Made by a program: the position numbers and the translations under genes. Positions 53,201-63,210 of a stretch of DNA of 64,000 bases are shown here, piece by piece. How positions within the stretch are numbered: the first letter of the stretch is position 1; every line of letters starts with the position of its first letter. Under the pieces are notes generated by a model. The model was not told where the DNA came from. It saw nothing but the letters and a program-made list of their open reading frames with translations, and ran no database searches. Source of the stretch: Candidatus Hydrogenedentota bacterium (GTDB taxonomy: Bacteria > Hydrogenedentota > Hydrogenedentia > Hydrogenedentales > SLHB01); assembly GCA_963745075.1 (NCBI GenBank), contig CAVUWV010000008.1, forward strand, positions 256,001-320,000. The letters run 5' to 3'.

Positions 53201-53719
53201 ACCGAAAACGAGATGGGCTCCGTCGGCCCGGATGGTACCGACCAACAGTCGTTGCGAGCCGCTTTCGGATGCGGAATCGCCTGTCGCGGAAGACACAGAG
53301 TCGACAACCGTATTGATGCGTGAACGCGCGTCGCCCACGTCGGTTGGCAGCGTGACGACCAGCCCGCGCAGCAGGATTTCTTCGATTTCGATGGTGCCGT
53401 GTCCGAGGCTCGCCAACCGGGGGTAGGCGACCACGTCGCTGCACACGGCCTGAAAGTCGCCCTCGCCCACGACCACGTCCCTCACGTGGGCCGACGGCAC
53501 CGGCAGCAAGGTCAGATCGATGTCGCCCAGTTTGACGGGAAGCCCCGTCGCCTTGGCGAGTCGCTCGGTAATCATCGGCCGGTATCGTTCCGGCCGAATC
53601 GCCCGCTCCACGACAAACCACGTTCCCGCGATCAGGACCAGCACGGTCCCCAGGATCCACGGCCATCGTCGTCGCCGCGGTCTGAAGGAAGACGGCATTC
53701 TCTGGGAGTTTTCCGGCAT
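50216..53719 (-). CDS. AsmA-like protein
   Basis: N-terminal TM anchor, ITERLAKATGLPVKLGDIDL, a long beta-rich body, and an AsmA C-terminal-like region (LSFDRCRG...GTINF...VTGPPDNP). Confidence 0.85.
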   Translation of the reverse strand: MPENSQRMPSSFRPRRRRWPWILGTVLVLIAGTWFVVERAIRPERYRPMITERLAKATGLPVKLGDIDLTLLPVPSAHVRDVVVGEGDFQAVCSDVVAYPRLASLGHGTIEIEEILLRGLVVTLPTDVGDARSRINTVVDSVSSATGDSASESGSQRLLVGTIRADGAHLVFGSGSDYALEGDIAVDDVLTKAIAIHGDGTIPLLGENARFTGQATVTRTGDPEMGIGVSGDVSVTGVDTETLVKTRNIPSAIANAKATFERTAKLTYRADISGDAAPKPIDGADMDSLSGPFTAEGWWDQGTFTLNGFAWQTAAAEIRGDVSVPSDGSVAAHVAHAQVHGEGLNDLLRYPPDLPFRLSATTDGTFSGDDVLLGLTPDHYLRLVQGTAQFEGINVATKSGETAYQGVSGDVTFEEGVIHVQRVASEGISLKGDVTPDFSNGVTAIDLSGQVDLTRERLRSLVDLPQISEAAGRVHLSRIKATIVPGEGMPADLVVEGDVKNGVLGIKSDAWNDRFAPLSATFTAQPGRIETKAQASSQKLGATTVDGQYLLDQREWRGTVQGDLSQMDLPFLKQAAAKDVAPGIVAAYGPSAFDITVQLPGPDQPRAAVTFARNGTPKLAGDVAWRKDGEAWALGDVKVDATIPGTALQAMLPDTATASGDMDVGFTRSYDQKRFVAHLTLDATDLTYGQYIHKGSGVVSSLDVTGEATADIWQAQSLRVECLGEAVQGRFESDRFIIDPLDLNVAMLAPLLARGGEAHGRIQGRVATNPTELDLTLMEFGAALSPDLTIDSVNGGISIHPDGVSVRDLAVVGANSDCHVTAEKRAGHWSGSVTGQQLDINGVENLFAAVKEYQGEPSEPADVTPASSPAHSDAAEPFTGSFSANLDALIYRQAHFTNASATVVAQNGHIQVENLRLDRNGGSITGTLTMASGEPTGQFSTEMVVTNVPAQVIDELAFVEPRGLKGNLNGTVILQMPTGEGVDPTHGMSGSIEFTGENGTFGKLGIATQILTVLRATEITRLRLPSVRDEGLSFDRCRGTITMNQGLMTVQDMEIRTPTYLIAARGTINFPANDTELLVHVNLLESVLSAGDLVPGVREVADHLRSAGGMRILVTGPPDNPSTRYGFGPPIVGEVTDDVLRTLKTTTSIVRDELVDRAADALRNILK

Positions 53720-53873
53720 GGAATCAGTGTAACACGTGGGAAGGGGGACCAAACGTTCATTTCTTCGGTCTCATTGGTCGTCGGTCCTATCGCCCCTCCC
53801 GTGTGCATGTTCCCGCGAACATACGGTATGATCCCCGCTTTCGACTCAAACCCCGGGAAAACTGGACAAGACC

Positions 53874-55613
53874 ATGACTGACACGAAGTTCAAACGCACG
53901 CTGGTCACGAGCGCGCTGCCATACGCAAATGGGCACATTCACCTCGGCCACATCGCCGGGGCCTATCTGCCCGCGGATATCTTTGTGCGTTTCAAGCGGC
54001 TCAAGGGCGAGCCCGTACTCTATATCTGCGGCTCCGACGAGTTTGGCGTACCCATTACGCTGACCGCCCTGAAAGAGGGTATTTCCCCGCAGGAAGTTAT
54101 CGATCGCTACCACGCCGCCAACGCGGAATCCTTCGCCAAGCTCGGCATTGGTTTCGATCTCTACGGACGCACCTCTTGGCCCTTGCACGCGGACACCACG
54201 CAGACCTTTTTCCGCAAGCTCAATGAAGGCGGATTCATCGAAGAGCAGGAGATGGAACTCTGGTACTCCGAGCAGTCGGATAAATTCCTCCCGGATCGGT
54301 ACGTCAAGGGGATCTGCCCCAAGTGCGGGTACGAGGACGCGACGGGCGACGAGTGCGAGAATTGCGGCGCGCAGTATGCCGCCCACGATCTGATCAACCC
54401 GCGCGTCAATATCCCGAACGATACGTCCACGCCGGTGCTGCGAAACTCGACCCACTGGTTTCTCAAACTTCAGGATTTCGCGAAGGATCTGAAGACGTGG
54501 CTCGATTGTCATCCTGAATGGCGCGCCAACGTCAAAGGCATCGCCTACGGTTGGGTGCAGGAACTACGCGCCCGCTGTATTACCCGCGACACGGATTGGG
54601 GCGTGCCGATTCCGCTGGATGACCCGCGCACGGAGGGCAAACGCATTTACGTTTGGTTCGACGCACCCATTGGCTACGTGACCAACACGCGGCAGTGGGG
54701 CATCGACACGAAGAGCGACGAATCCACATGGGAGCTGTGGTGGAAGGATCAAACCACGCGGCTGATCCACTTCATTGGCAAGGACAACGTGCCTTTCCAC
54801 GCGGTCATTTTCCCGGCTATGTTGAAGGGCCAGCAAGATTACGTGTTGCCCGACGACGTGGTCGGCAACGAATACCTCAACGTCTTTAACCGGCAAACCG
54901 GCAAGGCGGAGAAAGGCTCCAAGTCGAAGGGCAACATGATCAGCGTGCGATGGTTCGTCGAACGGTTCAGCCGGGACGCCATCCGTTACTACATCTGCGC
55001 GATCATGCCGGAAACGAAAGACGCCGCCTTCGACTGGGACGAGTTCCAGAATCGGTACAACGGCGAGTTGTGCGACGTGGTCGGCAACTTCGTGCACCGA
55101 TCCCTGACCATGACGGTGAAGAATTTCGAGAGCAAGGTTCCCGAACCGGGCGAACTCGACGACGAGGACCGCGCGTTGCTGGATTCCTTGCCGGGCCTCA
55201 TCGACGGCGTGGCCGAATCGCTGGAAGGCTTCCGATTCCGGCAGGCCTCGGAACGGTTCATCGATGTCGGCCGCCGCGCGAACGTGTATTTCGACACGAA
55301 AGCGCCGTGGACCACGCGCAAGACGGACTCGGTTCGCACCGGCACGACGTTGTACGTGTGTTGCCAAGTCGTGCGCGCGCTGTGCACGGTCATGGCGCCC
55401 TTCGCGCCCGACGGCGCAGCGAAGCTCGCGGAAACTCTGGGTGTCACCTTGCCGAAGGGCGGCCCCGACGGCGGCGAAGACGGCTGGAACGCGGCCAAGG
55501 AAGGCCTCGCCGGCGGCAGCCCCCTGCAGCCGCCGCAGGTCCTGTTCCCGAAGCTCGACCCCGACATGATCGCCCAACTCGCCGAAGAGCACGCCGCCGG
55601 GGAAGCGTTCTGA
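53874..55613 (+). CDS. metG: Methionine--tRNA ligase (no C-terminal dimerisation domain)
   Basis: TSALPYANGHIHLGH, Zn knuckle CPKC...CENC, YVWFDAPIGY, FIGKDNVPFH and KGSKSKGN. Confidence 0.97.
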   Translation: MTDTKFKRTLVTSALPYANGHIHLGHIAGAYLPADIFVRFKRLKGEPVLYICGSDEFGVPITLTALKEGISPQEVIDRYHAANAESFAKLGIGFDLYGRTSWPLHADTTQTFFRKLNEGGFIEEQEMELWYSEQSDKFLPDRYVKGICPKCGYEDATGDECENCGAQYAAHDLINPRVNIPNDTSTPVLRNSTHWFLKLQDFAKDLKTWLDCHPEWRANVKGIAYGWVQELRARCITRDTDWGVPIPLDDPRTEGKRIYVWFDAPIGYVTNTRQWGIDTKSDESTWELWWKDQTTRLIHFIGKDNVPFHAVIFPAMLKGQQDYVLPDDVVGNEYLNVFNRQTGKAEKGSKSKGNMISVRWFVERFSRDAIRYYICAIMPETKDAAFDWDEFQNRYNGELCDVVGNFVHRSLTMTVKNFESKVPEPGELDDEDRALLDSLPGLIDGVAESLEGFRFRQASERFIDVGRRANVYFDTKAPWTTRKTDSVRTGTTLYVCCQVVRALCTVMAPFAPDGAAKLAETLGVTLPKGGPDGGEDGWNAAKEGLAGGSPLQPPQVLFPKLDPDMIAQLAEEHAAGEAF

Positions 55614-55740
55614 AGCGGTCTTCGCGTCAGTTTTGGTGTATAATAGTGTCAGCGTATCATGGGTTCGGCACGTCAAAAAGCGAGATGGTGTTTTCATTGC
55701 CGGATGCGCAACAGCAAAAGACTCTGCATGGAGAATCTGG

Positions 55741-56172
55741 ATGGCTTCGTACGACCCCAATGGTAGGCCGAACGTATCTTCCCCCAACAAGGTCGTGCAC
55801 CCTGCGGATTGGTACGATGCGTCGGTCGCCAAGCTGATCGGTTACCGCAAGTCAAGTTCAATGGAAGATAGCTCCGAATGGCCCGGTCCGTCACCCTCCG
55901 CAATCGCAAACGCCACGGAGTTTCTCGACAAACTACATGACTCCGATATGCCTCCTTCAACCGTTTCTCAATCTGCGATTGGTGGCATTGCATTTACGTT
56001 TCTCTCCGGCGGCATGGAAGTGTTTGTTGAGTTCTTGAACAACGGAAACGTATTTGCCGTCGTCTCCAAGCCGGACGACGTGGAGGCGGACTTTCCCACG
56101 TACCAGGTCGGCAAAGACGGCTTTGGTTACGACGGCTTGATCGAGATTATCGCCAATACCTCCAATGCGTGA
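55741..56172 (+). CDS. Hypothetical acidic protein, putative antitoxin/immunity partner
   Basis: GGAGA SD, TATAAT at 55639-55644, and an 8-bp overlap with the next gene. Confidence 0.6.
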   Translation: MASYDPNGRPNVSSPNKVVHPADWYDASVAKLIGYRKSSSMEDSSEWPGPSPSAIANATEFLDKLHDSDMPPSTVSQSAIGGIAFTFLSGGMEVFVEFLNNGNVFAVVSKPDDVEADFPTYQVGKDGFGYDGLIEIIANTSNA

Positions 56173-56680
56173 AATGCCGCCGGAAATGCTTTGGGATCGC
56201 GTCTCGGTCAACGAAAACTTCCCTGACGATGAGCAGCTCTATTGCCGCATCAAGCCGGAGCATCTTATTCCCGGCACGGGCAAGGGTCTTGTGATTGATG
56301 TGACGGCGTTTGACCTGCCGGACAAGTCAGTAAACCGAAGCGACGATGGCGGCAAGCCCGACATGGCTCGTCACAATGTCTACCCAAACTGCGGCCACAT
56401 GTGCGATGGCAGGCACCATGACTGGGCCGTCGTCAGCATGAGGGTTTGCGACGTTCAGCGACGGGTTATGGACGTTGTCGAAGGGATCGCCTTTGAAACC
56501 CGAGTCCACCACGACCCATTGCCATACAATCGCTTCCACAGCGAGATCCGGGCTTTCGATCGCGATGGACGTCATATCGTGAAAGACCGCATGGCATTGC
56601 TCGGTTGGAAGACGCACTACCGTTGGCGAAAGATCGTCAGGTTCTGTTCCCATGTTGTCGTCCAGCTGGCCGCGGAATGA
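56165..56680 (+). CDS. Hypothetical protein, possible RES/ADP-ribosyltransferase-like fold
   Basis: LYCRIK...AF...SVNR...HDPLPYNRFHSEI pattern; the fold assignment is inference. Confidence 0.55.
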   Translation: MREMPPEMLWDRVSVNENFPDDEQLYCRIKPEHLIPGTGKGLVIDVTAFDLPDKSVNRSDDGGKPDMARHNVYPNCGHMCDGRHHDWAVVSMRVCDVQRRVMDVVEGIAFETRVHHDPLPYNRFHSEIRAFDRDGRHIVKDRMALLGWKTHYRWRKIVRFCSHVVVQLAAE

Positions 56681-56750
56681 AGTGAATTCCCCCTGTCCAC
56701 GGGTGTGCGTAGAGACAGGGGGAGCACACACATGACGCCACCGGAACGAT

Positions 56751-57098
56751 TCACTGCCGCGATGAAGTTGCATCAATAGAAGTACGTGGACCGGCAGCCA
56801 AACCGGCAAGACAGGCTAGTCCAGCCAAACCGGCTGCAGCCGGGTGTGGTCCGCCCAGGGCGCCGAGAAAACCCAAAAAGCCGAGTGCTCCCAGATAGTA
56901 CTTCCGCTCCGGATCGATGGGCACTTTCACTCTCGCCTTGTCGAATGGGACGAAGACGAGCAGCGACGCGAGGGAAAGAAACGAAACCCACGCGACCTGG
57001 GCCAGGTGACTGTAGCTTGTGGGGAGAAACCCCAGGAATCCCAGAAACCCGAGGAACCCCAGCGCGCCGAGAAACCTACTGTTCTGAGCTTTTTCCAT
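56751..57098 (-). CDS. Small membrane protein with (FLG)n repeats
   Basis: FLGALGFLGFLGFLGFL and YLGALGFLGFLGALG; AGGAAG SD; third gene of the ECF operon. Confidence 0.75.
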   Translation of the reverse strand: MEKAQNSRFLGALGFLGFLGFLGFLPTSYSHLAQVAWVSFLSLASLLVFVPFDKARVKVPIDPERKYYLGALGFLGFLGALGGPHPAAAGLAGLACLAGLAAGPRTSIDATSSRQ

Positions 57099-57126
57099 AG
57101 CGTACTTCCTATACTATCCCGGCCCA

Positions 57127-58764
57127 CTACTCGCCGGTGTATTCCTTCGTCGGAACCAAGCTGTCGATAAGCGCGCGAAGTTCGTCATCGGTCAGTTGGC
57201 CGTTAACGGCGAGTGCGGGGAACGTGCCCGCCGGCGTTTCGAGAAGGTACCCGGTACGGTCTTCTGACGGCGCGTCCTTGATGGAGGCACGGGCGCTGCT
57301 GAGCAGAATCCCGGCCAGCCATTTGCCTCGCGGGCTACCCCAAACCTTAGTGCCGTTCGGTGACGTGTATACGAGCGTTCCTCCAACAGCTTTGGTCTCC
57401 CCCAGCATGTTGTAGGAATGGGATTGGATGAGCACGACGTGCCGGCTGTCATCCGCGCGATACGTGATCGCGAACATGCGATGGGGTGGGCTGGCTACAT
57501 CGAGGATATCCGTGATTTCGCGTTCCGGAGCCCACGACGGAGCGGATTCGAAAACGTAGGTCGCGAAATCGGCCCGTTCCACCATGTGCTTCACGGACAC
57601 GTCGGTTATTACCATGTCCGGAAGAATACCGAAGAGACCACCCTCCTCCGGAGTCGGCGGCTGGACGGAGTCTTCAATGAGACCTTCGATTCCGGTGAGA
57701 TCCCAGTCCACCTGAGCGTCGTCGACCGTTTCGGTCCAATCCCTTCGAACCACCAGGTAGGACTGCCCGTCGACGACCCACTCCATTTCGGCAATGGTGT
57801 TGTCGTCCTCACGGATCTTAAACAGAAACTCCGATTTGCTCGTTGTCGCCGGCGCGCCTTCGCCGGATCCCGTAGTGGATTTGACCACACGCGCTTCCGT
57901 GCCATCGGCGAGTTTCGTATGTCCCATGTCCACAACAAGCGTCTCATCCAATTCATCGAGATGGCTGGGCAGTCCCGCAGCGATACCCAGGAACGCAGCG
58001 GGATCTTCCGGCGGATGAAAACTATCTCCCACAGGAGCGGCTACGACCGTCAAGGGTCCGTCGGGGCTGGGTTCCAGCGAGTACACGGCGGCACCGTCGT
58101 AGGCGTTGGCGAAGAGCGGAGTCTCCCCGGTCGACAACAGGCGCACGAACCGCCCCGTGGCCGGATCGTACCAAGCCTGATCGTCGACGACGTATTCCTC
58201 GCCGGGTTCTGCACCGAGGGCCAACTGGTGAACCCGCGGCGTCCCCGACGCCTCGATGGCCATGATGGGTAACCACCGGGCTTGGGCTAAAACGGGGTCC
58301 GCCACGGGTTTCACCATAATCTCGTTGACGATGTGAACGATTCCGCCCTGGCTGAACAATGTTTCTTCTGCGGCCCACGCCCTGGTGAGCAGCGTGAAGG
58401 CGGAAATGGGCGGCCCGGCATCCTTCGACCAATAGAGCACCGTAGCGGCAATGATCAGCAGCAGCGCGGCCGCCGCTGCCGTGAGCGGTTTCCACCACCA
58501 AACGCTTCGGCGGCGGGCCGGTGCAAGTGTTCGGATTCCGGCATCCATATCGATGATTGCGTTCATGATTCGACCCTCCAGTTGCTTCGATACTTCCACT
58601 CGGTGGGAAGGCTGAATGGAAGCCAGGGTCTGTGTCGCGATTTCATGTTCCCGTTTGCAGCGGGGGCATATCCGAACGTGCTCGGTGAGTTCGATAGGCA
58701 CGGGTTCATCGGGTGGATGGATGAGAAGATCGTCGAGCCAGTTTTGCGTTCGTAGGCAACTCAT
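57127..58764 (-). CDS. Zinc-binding transmembrane anti-sigma factor with a large periplasmic domain
   Basis: ZAS motif HVRICPRC, one TM helix, ATGA overlap with the sigma factor stop. Confidence 0.85.
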   Translation of the reverse strand: MSCLRTQNWLDDLLIHPPDEPVPIELTEHVRICPRCKREHEIATQTLASIQPSHRVEVSKQLEGRIMNAIIDMDAGIRTLAPARRRSVWWWKPLTAAAAALLLIIAATVLYWSKDAGPPISAFTLLTRAWAAEETLFSQGGIVHIVNEIMVKPVADPVLAQARWLPIMAIEASGTPRVHQLALGAEPGEEYVVDDQAWYDPATGRFVRLLSTGETPLFANAYDGAAVYSLEPSPDGPLTVVAAPVGDSFHPPEDPAAFLGIAAGLPSHLDELDETLVVDMGHTKLADGTEARVVKSTTGSGEGAPATTSKSEFLFKIREDDNTIAEMEWVVDGQSYLVVRRDWTETVDDAQVDWDLTGIEGLIEDSVQPPTPEEGGLFGILPDMVITDVSVKHMVERADFATYVFESAPSWAPEREITDILDVASPPHRMFAITYRADDSRHVVLIQSHSYNMLGETKAVGGTLVYTSPNGTKVWGSPRGKWLAGILLSSARASIKDAPSEDRTGYLLETPAGTFPALAVNGQLTDDELRALIDSLVPTKEYTGE

Positions 58765-59327
58765 GATTTCCACTCCCGTGACGCGATTCTTCGTAATCTT
58801 CTAAACCCGTAGCGAAGCCGTGAACTGACGGTGTTCGGTTTGCACCCGACCGTGTCGGCGATTTCGCCAATACTCAATTCGTCGAACACACGCAACCGGA
58901 TGACTTCGGCTTGTCGCTTCGGTATGCGCCGCAAGAGAACTTCAGCCCTGCGCAGTTCGTCTGACACCGCGTAAAGGTTCAGCGCGTCCTCGCGTCCACT
59001 CGGAAGGTTCTCGCTTGCGAACCGGTCCAGGAGTCCCTTCGACCGCTTGCGTTTTCGAAGCGCGTCCGTGCAGGCGTTGGCCGTCATCCGGTAGACGTAC
59101 GGAACAACCGCCGAAATTCTTGCATGTTTGTGGCGCTCCGCGTAGGCCCGAATCAGCACATCCTGGACCACGTCTTCCGCATCGGACATGCTTCCAAGGC
59201 GACGGAATGCATACGAGACCAATCGCTGCACGTATGCTTCCACAAACCGCTTGAAATCCTCTTGCGATTGCGGCCAACCGTCTTTCCACGCGTCTTTTGG
59301 CTGCGCTGACCCTGGCTCCGGAGCCAT
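58761..59327 (-). CDS. ECF RNA polymerase sigma factor
   Basis: DAEDVVQDV (region 2) and LSIGEIADTVGCKPNTVSSRLRYG (region 4). Confidence 0.93.
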   Translation of the reverse strand: MAPEPGSAQPKDAWKDGWPQSQEDFKRFVEAYVQRLVSYAFRRLGSMSDAEDVVQDVLIRAYAERHKHARISAVVPYVYRMTANACTDALRKRKRSKGLLDRFASENLPSGREDALNLYAVSDELRRAEVLLRRIPKRQAEVIRLRVFDELSIGEIADTVGCKPNTVSSRLRYGFRRLRRIASREWKS

Positions 59328-59566
59328 TCGATTCCCCTCTCGGTCTGCACGATACCTGCACATTCAGGCTTCTCTCAGCCTTCCCATATCCTATAACGAA
59401 TCCTGGTGCCGGTCTTCGTCTAATTCTTTTCTCCGGCCGTTGTCCGGGAACCCGGTAGCGAAAGCAAGTGATCGCCAGGATCCGGCGGGATCGCTCGCCT
59501 GAATCAGGCCATTGCATTGGTGTATGATTCGTCCGCTTTTCGGGAAATGTCGCAGGGGGAACGATA

Positions 59567-60523
59567 ATGACACCACGGGAACGATTCATCGCCGCGCTGG
59601 AGCGGCGGCCATTGACGGGGCGGGTGCCACACTTCGAGCTGGTCTTCTTTCTCACGATGGAAGCCTTCGGCAAAGTCCATCCGAGTCACCGGAACTACGC
59701 CCAGTGGGACCAGATGACAGAGACCGAGCGCAACCTCCATCGTCACGATCAGGCGGAGATCTTCATCGAGACGGCCCGGCGCTACGAACACAGCGCGATC
59801 TTCCTGCATCCCAATCCCTGGCGGGAAGAGGAAGCCCTGCGCTGCGTCGACCTGGTGCGCGAAAAGTCGGGCGACGAGTTCTTTCTCATGTACCACGGCG
59901 ACGCCACCTACGCGATTCCCCACGGCGAAGATATGGTGGAGCATGCGTCGTGGCTGTACGAACATTTCGATGAGGCCAAGGACGAGGCGCAACGAAAAGT
60001 TGACAAGCAACTCGCGTGGGCGGAGAAACTCGCGAAGCACGGCGGCCTCGACGGCTTCGCCCTGTGCGATGACTACTGCTTTAACGACAACCCGTTTTTA
60101 AGCCCCGACATGTTTGCGGAAATCATCACGCCGTACCTGACGCAGGTCATCGCGGGCGAGCGTGAACTCGGCTTCTACTGCATCAAACACACCGACGGCA
60201 ACGTCATGCCGATCCTCGATCAACTCGTGAGCGCGAATCCCCACGCCATCCATTCCCTCGACCCGCAGGGCGGCGTCGACATCGCCGAAGTCAAACGCTT
60301 GTACGGCGACAAGGTCTGCCTCATCGGTAACGTGAATTGCGGGCTCCTTACCTCCGGCACCGAAGAGGAAGTCGTGGAATCCGCACGGTACTGTATCAAG
60401 CACGGCATGCCCGGCGGCGGCTACATCTTCTCTACGAGCAACTGCGCTTTCACCGGCTTACCTCTCGAACGGTACGAACTCATGTGGCGCGTCTGGCACA
60501 AAGAAGCGATTTACCCGGAGTAG
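59567..60523 (+). CDS. Uroporphyrinogen decarboxylase / MtaA-like family protein
   Basis: MTPRERF...RVP, LCDDY, FLSPDMF, KHTDGN, CLIGNVN and GGGYIFSTSN motifs. Confidence 0.88.
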   Translation: MTPRERFIAALERRPLTGRVPHFELVFFLTMEAFGKVHPSHRNYAQWDQMTETERNLHRHDQAEIFIETARRYEHSAIFLHPNPWREEEALRCVDLVREKSGDEFFLMYHGDATYAIPHGEDMVEHASWLYEHFDEAKDEAQRKVDKQLAWAEKLAKHGGLDGFALCDDYCFNDNPFLSPDMFAEIITPYLTQVIAGERELGFYCIKHTDGNVMPILDQLVSANPHAIHSLDPQGGVDIAEVKRLYGDKVCLIGNVNCGLLTSGTEEEVVESARYCIKHGMPGGGYIFSTSNCAFTGLPLERYELMWRVWHKEAIYPE

Positions 60524-60710
60524 CGCCATTATCTCCCAATCGTAATCGTGCTGGTCATCGTCATCGTAATCGATCTGCAAAGGACACAAGTTGACGGTGC
60601 ACGAAATGACCGGGCCGCGTTCGCCTGTTATCCTGTAGAGAACACTTGCATCCTCGCGCGGTGTTGCAGCTTTTCGTCGGCAACCGCGAATTAACAGAAA
60701 GGAGTTCCTC

Positions 60711-61292
60711 ATGAGTGCCAAGAAGATTCTCATGCTGGTGGGCGACTACGTCGAAGATTACGAAGCGATGTGTCCGTTTCAGATTCTGCAAACCGTCGGG
60801 CATACCGTCCACGCGGTGTGTCCGGACAAGGCCGCCGGCGATTCCGTGCGGACGGCCATCCACGATTTCGAGGGCGACCAGACCTACAGCGAAAAGCGCG
60901 GCCACAACTTCGCGTTGAACGCCACGTTCGCGGACGTGAACGAAGCGGAGTACGACGCGCTGGTCATTCCCGGAGGCCGCGCGCCCGAATACATCCGCCT
61001 CAACGAACGCGTCATCGCCATCGTCCGCCACTTCGCCGAGACCGGAAAACCCATCGCCGCGGTGTGCCACGGGCTCCAGGTCCTCGCCGCCGCCGGGGTG
61101 CTCGAAGGCCGGAGCTGTTCCGCCTATCCCGCCTGCGGACCCGACATCACCCGCGCGGGCGGCACGTTTAAGGACATCGCCATGGACGCTGCGCACGTGG
61201 ACGGCAACCTCGTTTCCGCTCCGGCCTGGCCTGCCCATCCTGCGTGGATGGCGGCGTTCTTGAAAGTGCTGGGCACGAAAATCGAACCGTAG
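60711..61292 (+). CDS. DJ-1/PfpI family protein
   Basis: [17 protein letters not shown] and AAVCHG motifs. Confidence 0.95.
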   Translation: MSAKKILMLVGDYVEDYEAMCPFQILQTVGHTVHAVCPDKAAGDSVRTAIHDFEGDQTYSEKRGHNFALNATFADVNEAEYDALVIPGGRAPEYIRLNERVIAIVRHFAETGKPIAAVCHGLQVLAAAGVLEGRSCSAYPACGPDITRAGGTFKDIAMDAAHVDGNLVSAPAWPAHPAWMAAFLKVLGTKIEP

Positions 61293-61319
61293 GCACCAGC
61301 AGCTCGCCCGTCAGCGCGT

Positions 61320-63041
61320 CTAATGCATCGCATACCCGATGGGATACGTCGTCCCGATGGGCATGGGCAACGTGCCGCCGGCCTTGGCATCGCCGAAGAT
61401 AACCTTGACCGCCGCTTCCATCGAAATGGGCGCCGGACTGTTCGCGGAGACGAACGTCGGGACATCCGGGAACGTAGTCATGTCCGAGGGGTCGCCCAAC
61501 CCGACGATCACGATCGGTTTATCCAATTTGATTAGCCGATTGATAAGGTCGGCCTGCGGCGGAGAGAACAAGGTCAGTAGACTATAGCCTATGATGAGAT
61601 TCGCCGATGCCGCAGCCTCGACGGCCGCGGTGATTTCCGCCTCGGTCGGGACCGTGTTGATCTGAATCTCCGTCGCGTCCGGAACGTACTGCCGTAAGAA
61701 GGGTCCCAGCGTCCCGCCGATGGGCACGTCCCACCCCTCGGGTTTCCCCGCGCGGACGATCGTATCGGGCGGGCTGATCACCACGACCTTTTTGACGGAC
61801 TTCTTCAAGGGCAGCAACCCCGCGTCGTCGCGCACGACAACGATCCCGTTCAACGCCACCTTTTTGTTGGCCTCGACGAGATCCGCGCGCCCGAAATTCT
61901 CGTCGAAGTGTTCGATGTCCGCATAGGGACTGCTGAACAGGTTGTATTTCGCTTTCGCGCGGAGGATGCGCCGCACCGATTCGTCCAAACGCGCCTCGGT
62001 GATCCGCCCCGATTCGACGGCGGTGAGCACGGCGTTCATTCGGGTGTACAAGTCGTCGAGACTTCGGGATACCTGCAAGATGATGTCGCAGCCGGCGAGA
62101 ATTGCTCTTACCGTCGCTTCGTCGACGGGGTACTGCTTCGTCACGGCGCCCATGCTCATAGAGTCTGTCACGACCATGCCGTCGTAACCCAGATCCGTGC
62201 GCAGCATCTTGTCGATCACAATCGGCGAAAAGGTGCCGATTTCATCCGGATCCCACGCATCGTAGAAGAGGTGGTGCGTCATGATCATATCCGTGCCCGC
62301 ATCGATGGCGGCGCGAAAGTGGGCCAGGTCGCCTTCTTCGAGAACGGGCAGCGGCTCCGTGACGTGCGGCGCCGTGAAGTGCGTGTCCCCGGTGTAATAA
62401 ACAAGTCCGGGCCAGTGTTTCGCACAGGCGATGGCTCCCGCGTCCTGCATGCCGCGCACGGCGCCTCGCGCCAGGATCGCGTTGCGATGAATGTCGCCGC
62501 CGAAGGAGCGCACCGTATAGTCCGGATTCATCGGCTGTTTCAACACGTCGATGGCGGGAGCAAACGTTACGTTCACGCCGCAGGCCCGCATATCCGTGCC
62601 CAACGCGTGGTACGCCGTGTAGGCATCCTCTTCCCGGCCCGACGCCCCGAGCGCCATATTACCGACGGTTGGCACCGCGCCTTGTTCGTACCGGATAACG
62701 ACACCCACGCCGCCCTCTTCGTCCATCGCAATCAGCAGCGGAACCCCGATGGGACTTTCGAGCGCCGCCTTCTGCAATACGTTGCAGAGTTCTGCGCATT
62801 CAAGGGGTGTACTGTAGTTGTCCGGTATTTGGAAGAAGAATCCGCCCGAACCCCAGTCGTCGATGAGTGCCTGCATCTCCGGCGTCAATTCGGTGCCGAT
62901 GTACCCAATCATGTGCATCTGGCCGATCTTCTGTTTCAACGTAAACTTTGCGAGCGTTTCGTCGATATTCACGGTATCCGCGTGCACGAATGCCGGTGCG
63001 ACTAAGGCGGCAAGGATTCCGATTGCGATGTGTCGTCTCAT
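61320..63041 (-). CDS. Secreted GH3 beta-N-acetylhexosaminidase-like glycosidase
   Basis: Signal peptide; IAMDEEGG, FAPAIDV, RSFG, KHWPG-x6-DTH and VVTDSMSM motifs. Confidence 0.9.
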   Translation of the reverse strand: MRRHIAIGILAALVAPAFVHADTVNIDETLAKFTLKQKIGQMHMIGYIGTELTPEMQALIDDWGSGGFFFQIPDNYSTPLECAELCNVLQKAALESPIGVPLLIAMDEEGGVGVVIRYEQGAVPTVGNMALGASGREEDAYTAYHALGTDMRACGVNVTFAPAIDVLKQPMNPDYTVRSFGGDIHRNAILARGAVRGMQDAGAIACAKHWPGLVYYTGDTHFTAPHVTEPLPVLEEGDLAHFRAAIDAGTDMIMTHHLFYDAWDPDEIGTFSPIVIDKMLRTDLGYDGMVVTDSMSMGAVTKQYPVDEATVRAILAGCDIILQVSRSLDDLYTRMNAVLTAVESGRITEARLDESVRRILRAKAKYNLFSSPYADIEHFDENFGRADLVEANKKVALNGIVVVRDDAGLLPLKKSVKKVVVISPPDTIVRAGKPEGWDVPIGGTLGPFLRQYVPDATEIQINTVPTEAEITAAVEAAASANLIIGYSLLTLFSPPQADLINRLIKLDKPIVIVGLGDPSDMTTFPDVPTFVSANSPAPISMEAAVKVIFGDAKAGGTLPMPIGTTYPIGYAMH

Positions 63042-63210
63042 TTCCCCCAACTCCCCGTCGGATGCCCGACATTCTGGTACTTCAAAATCATGTTCGTGAT
63101 CGAAATAGACCAAGCCGGGGTCATCATAGACCCGGCTGAAGCGGTCGTCAACGTGCTATGCTAACCGCAAAGCCACGGGCGCCATTCCGCCCCCACATGG
63201 GAGGACCAAT

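Noticed and set aside
54900..54940. KGSKS in place of KMSKS in MetG as a sign of inactivation
   Set aside because: The second position of this motif varies among class I synthetases, and the catalytic Lys and all other motifs are intact.
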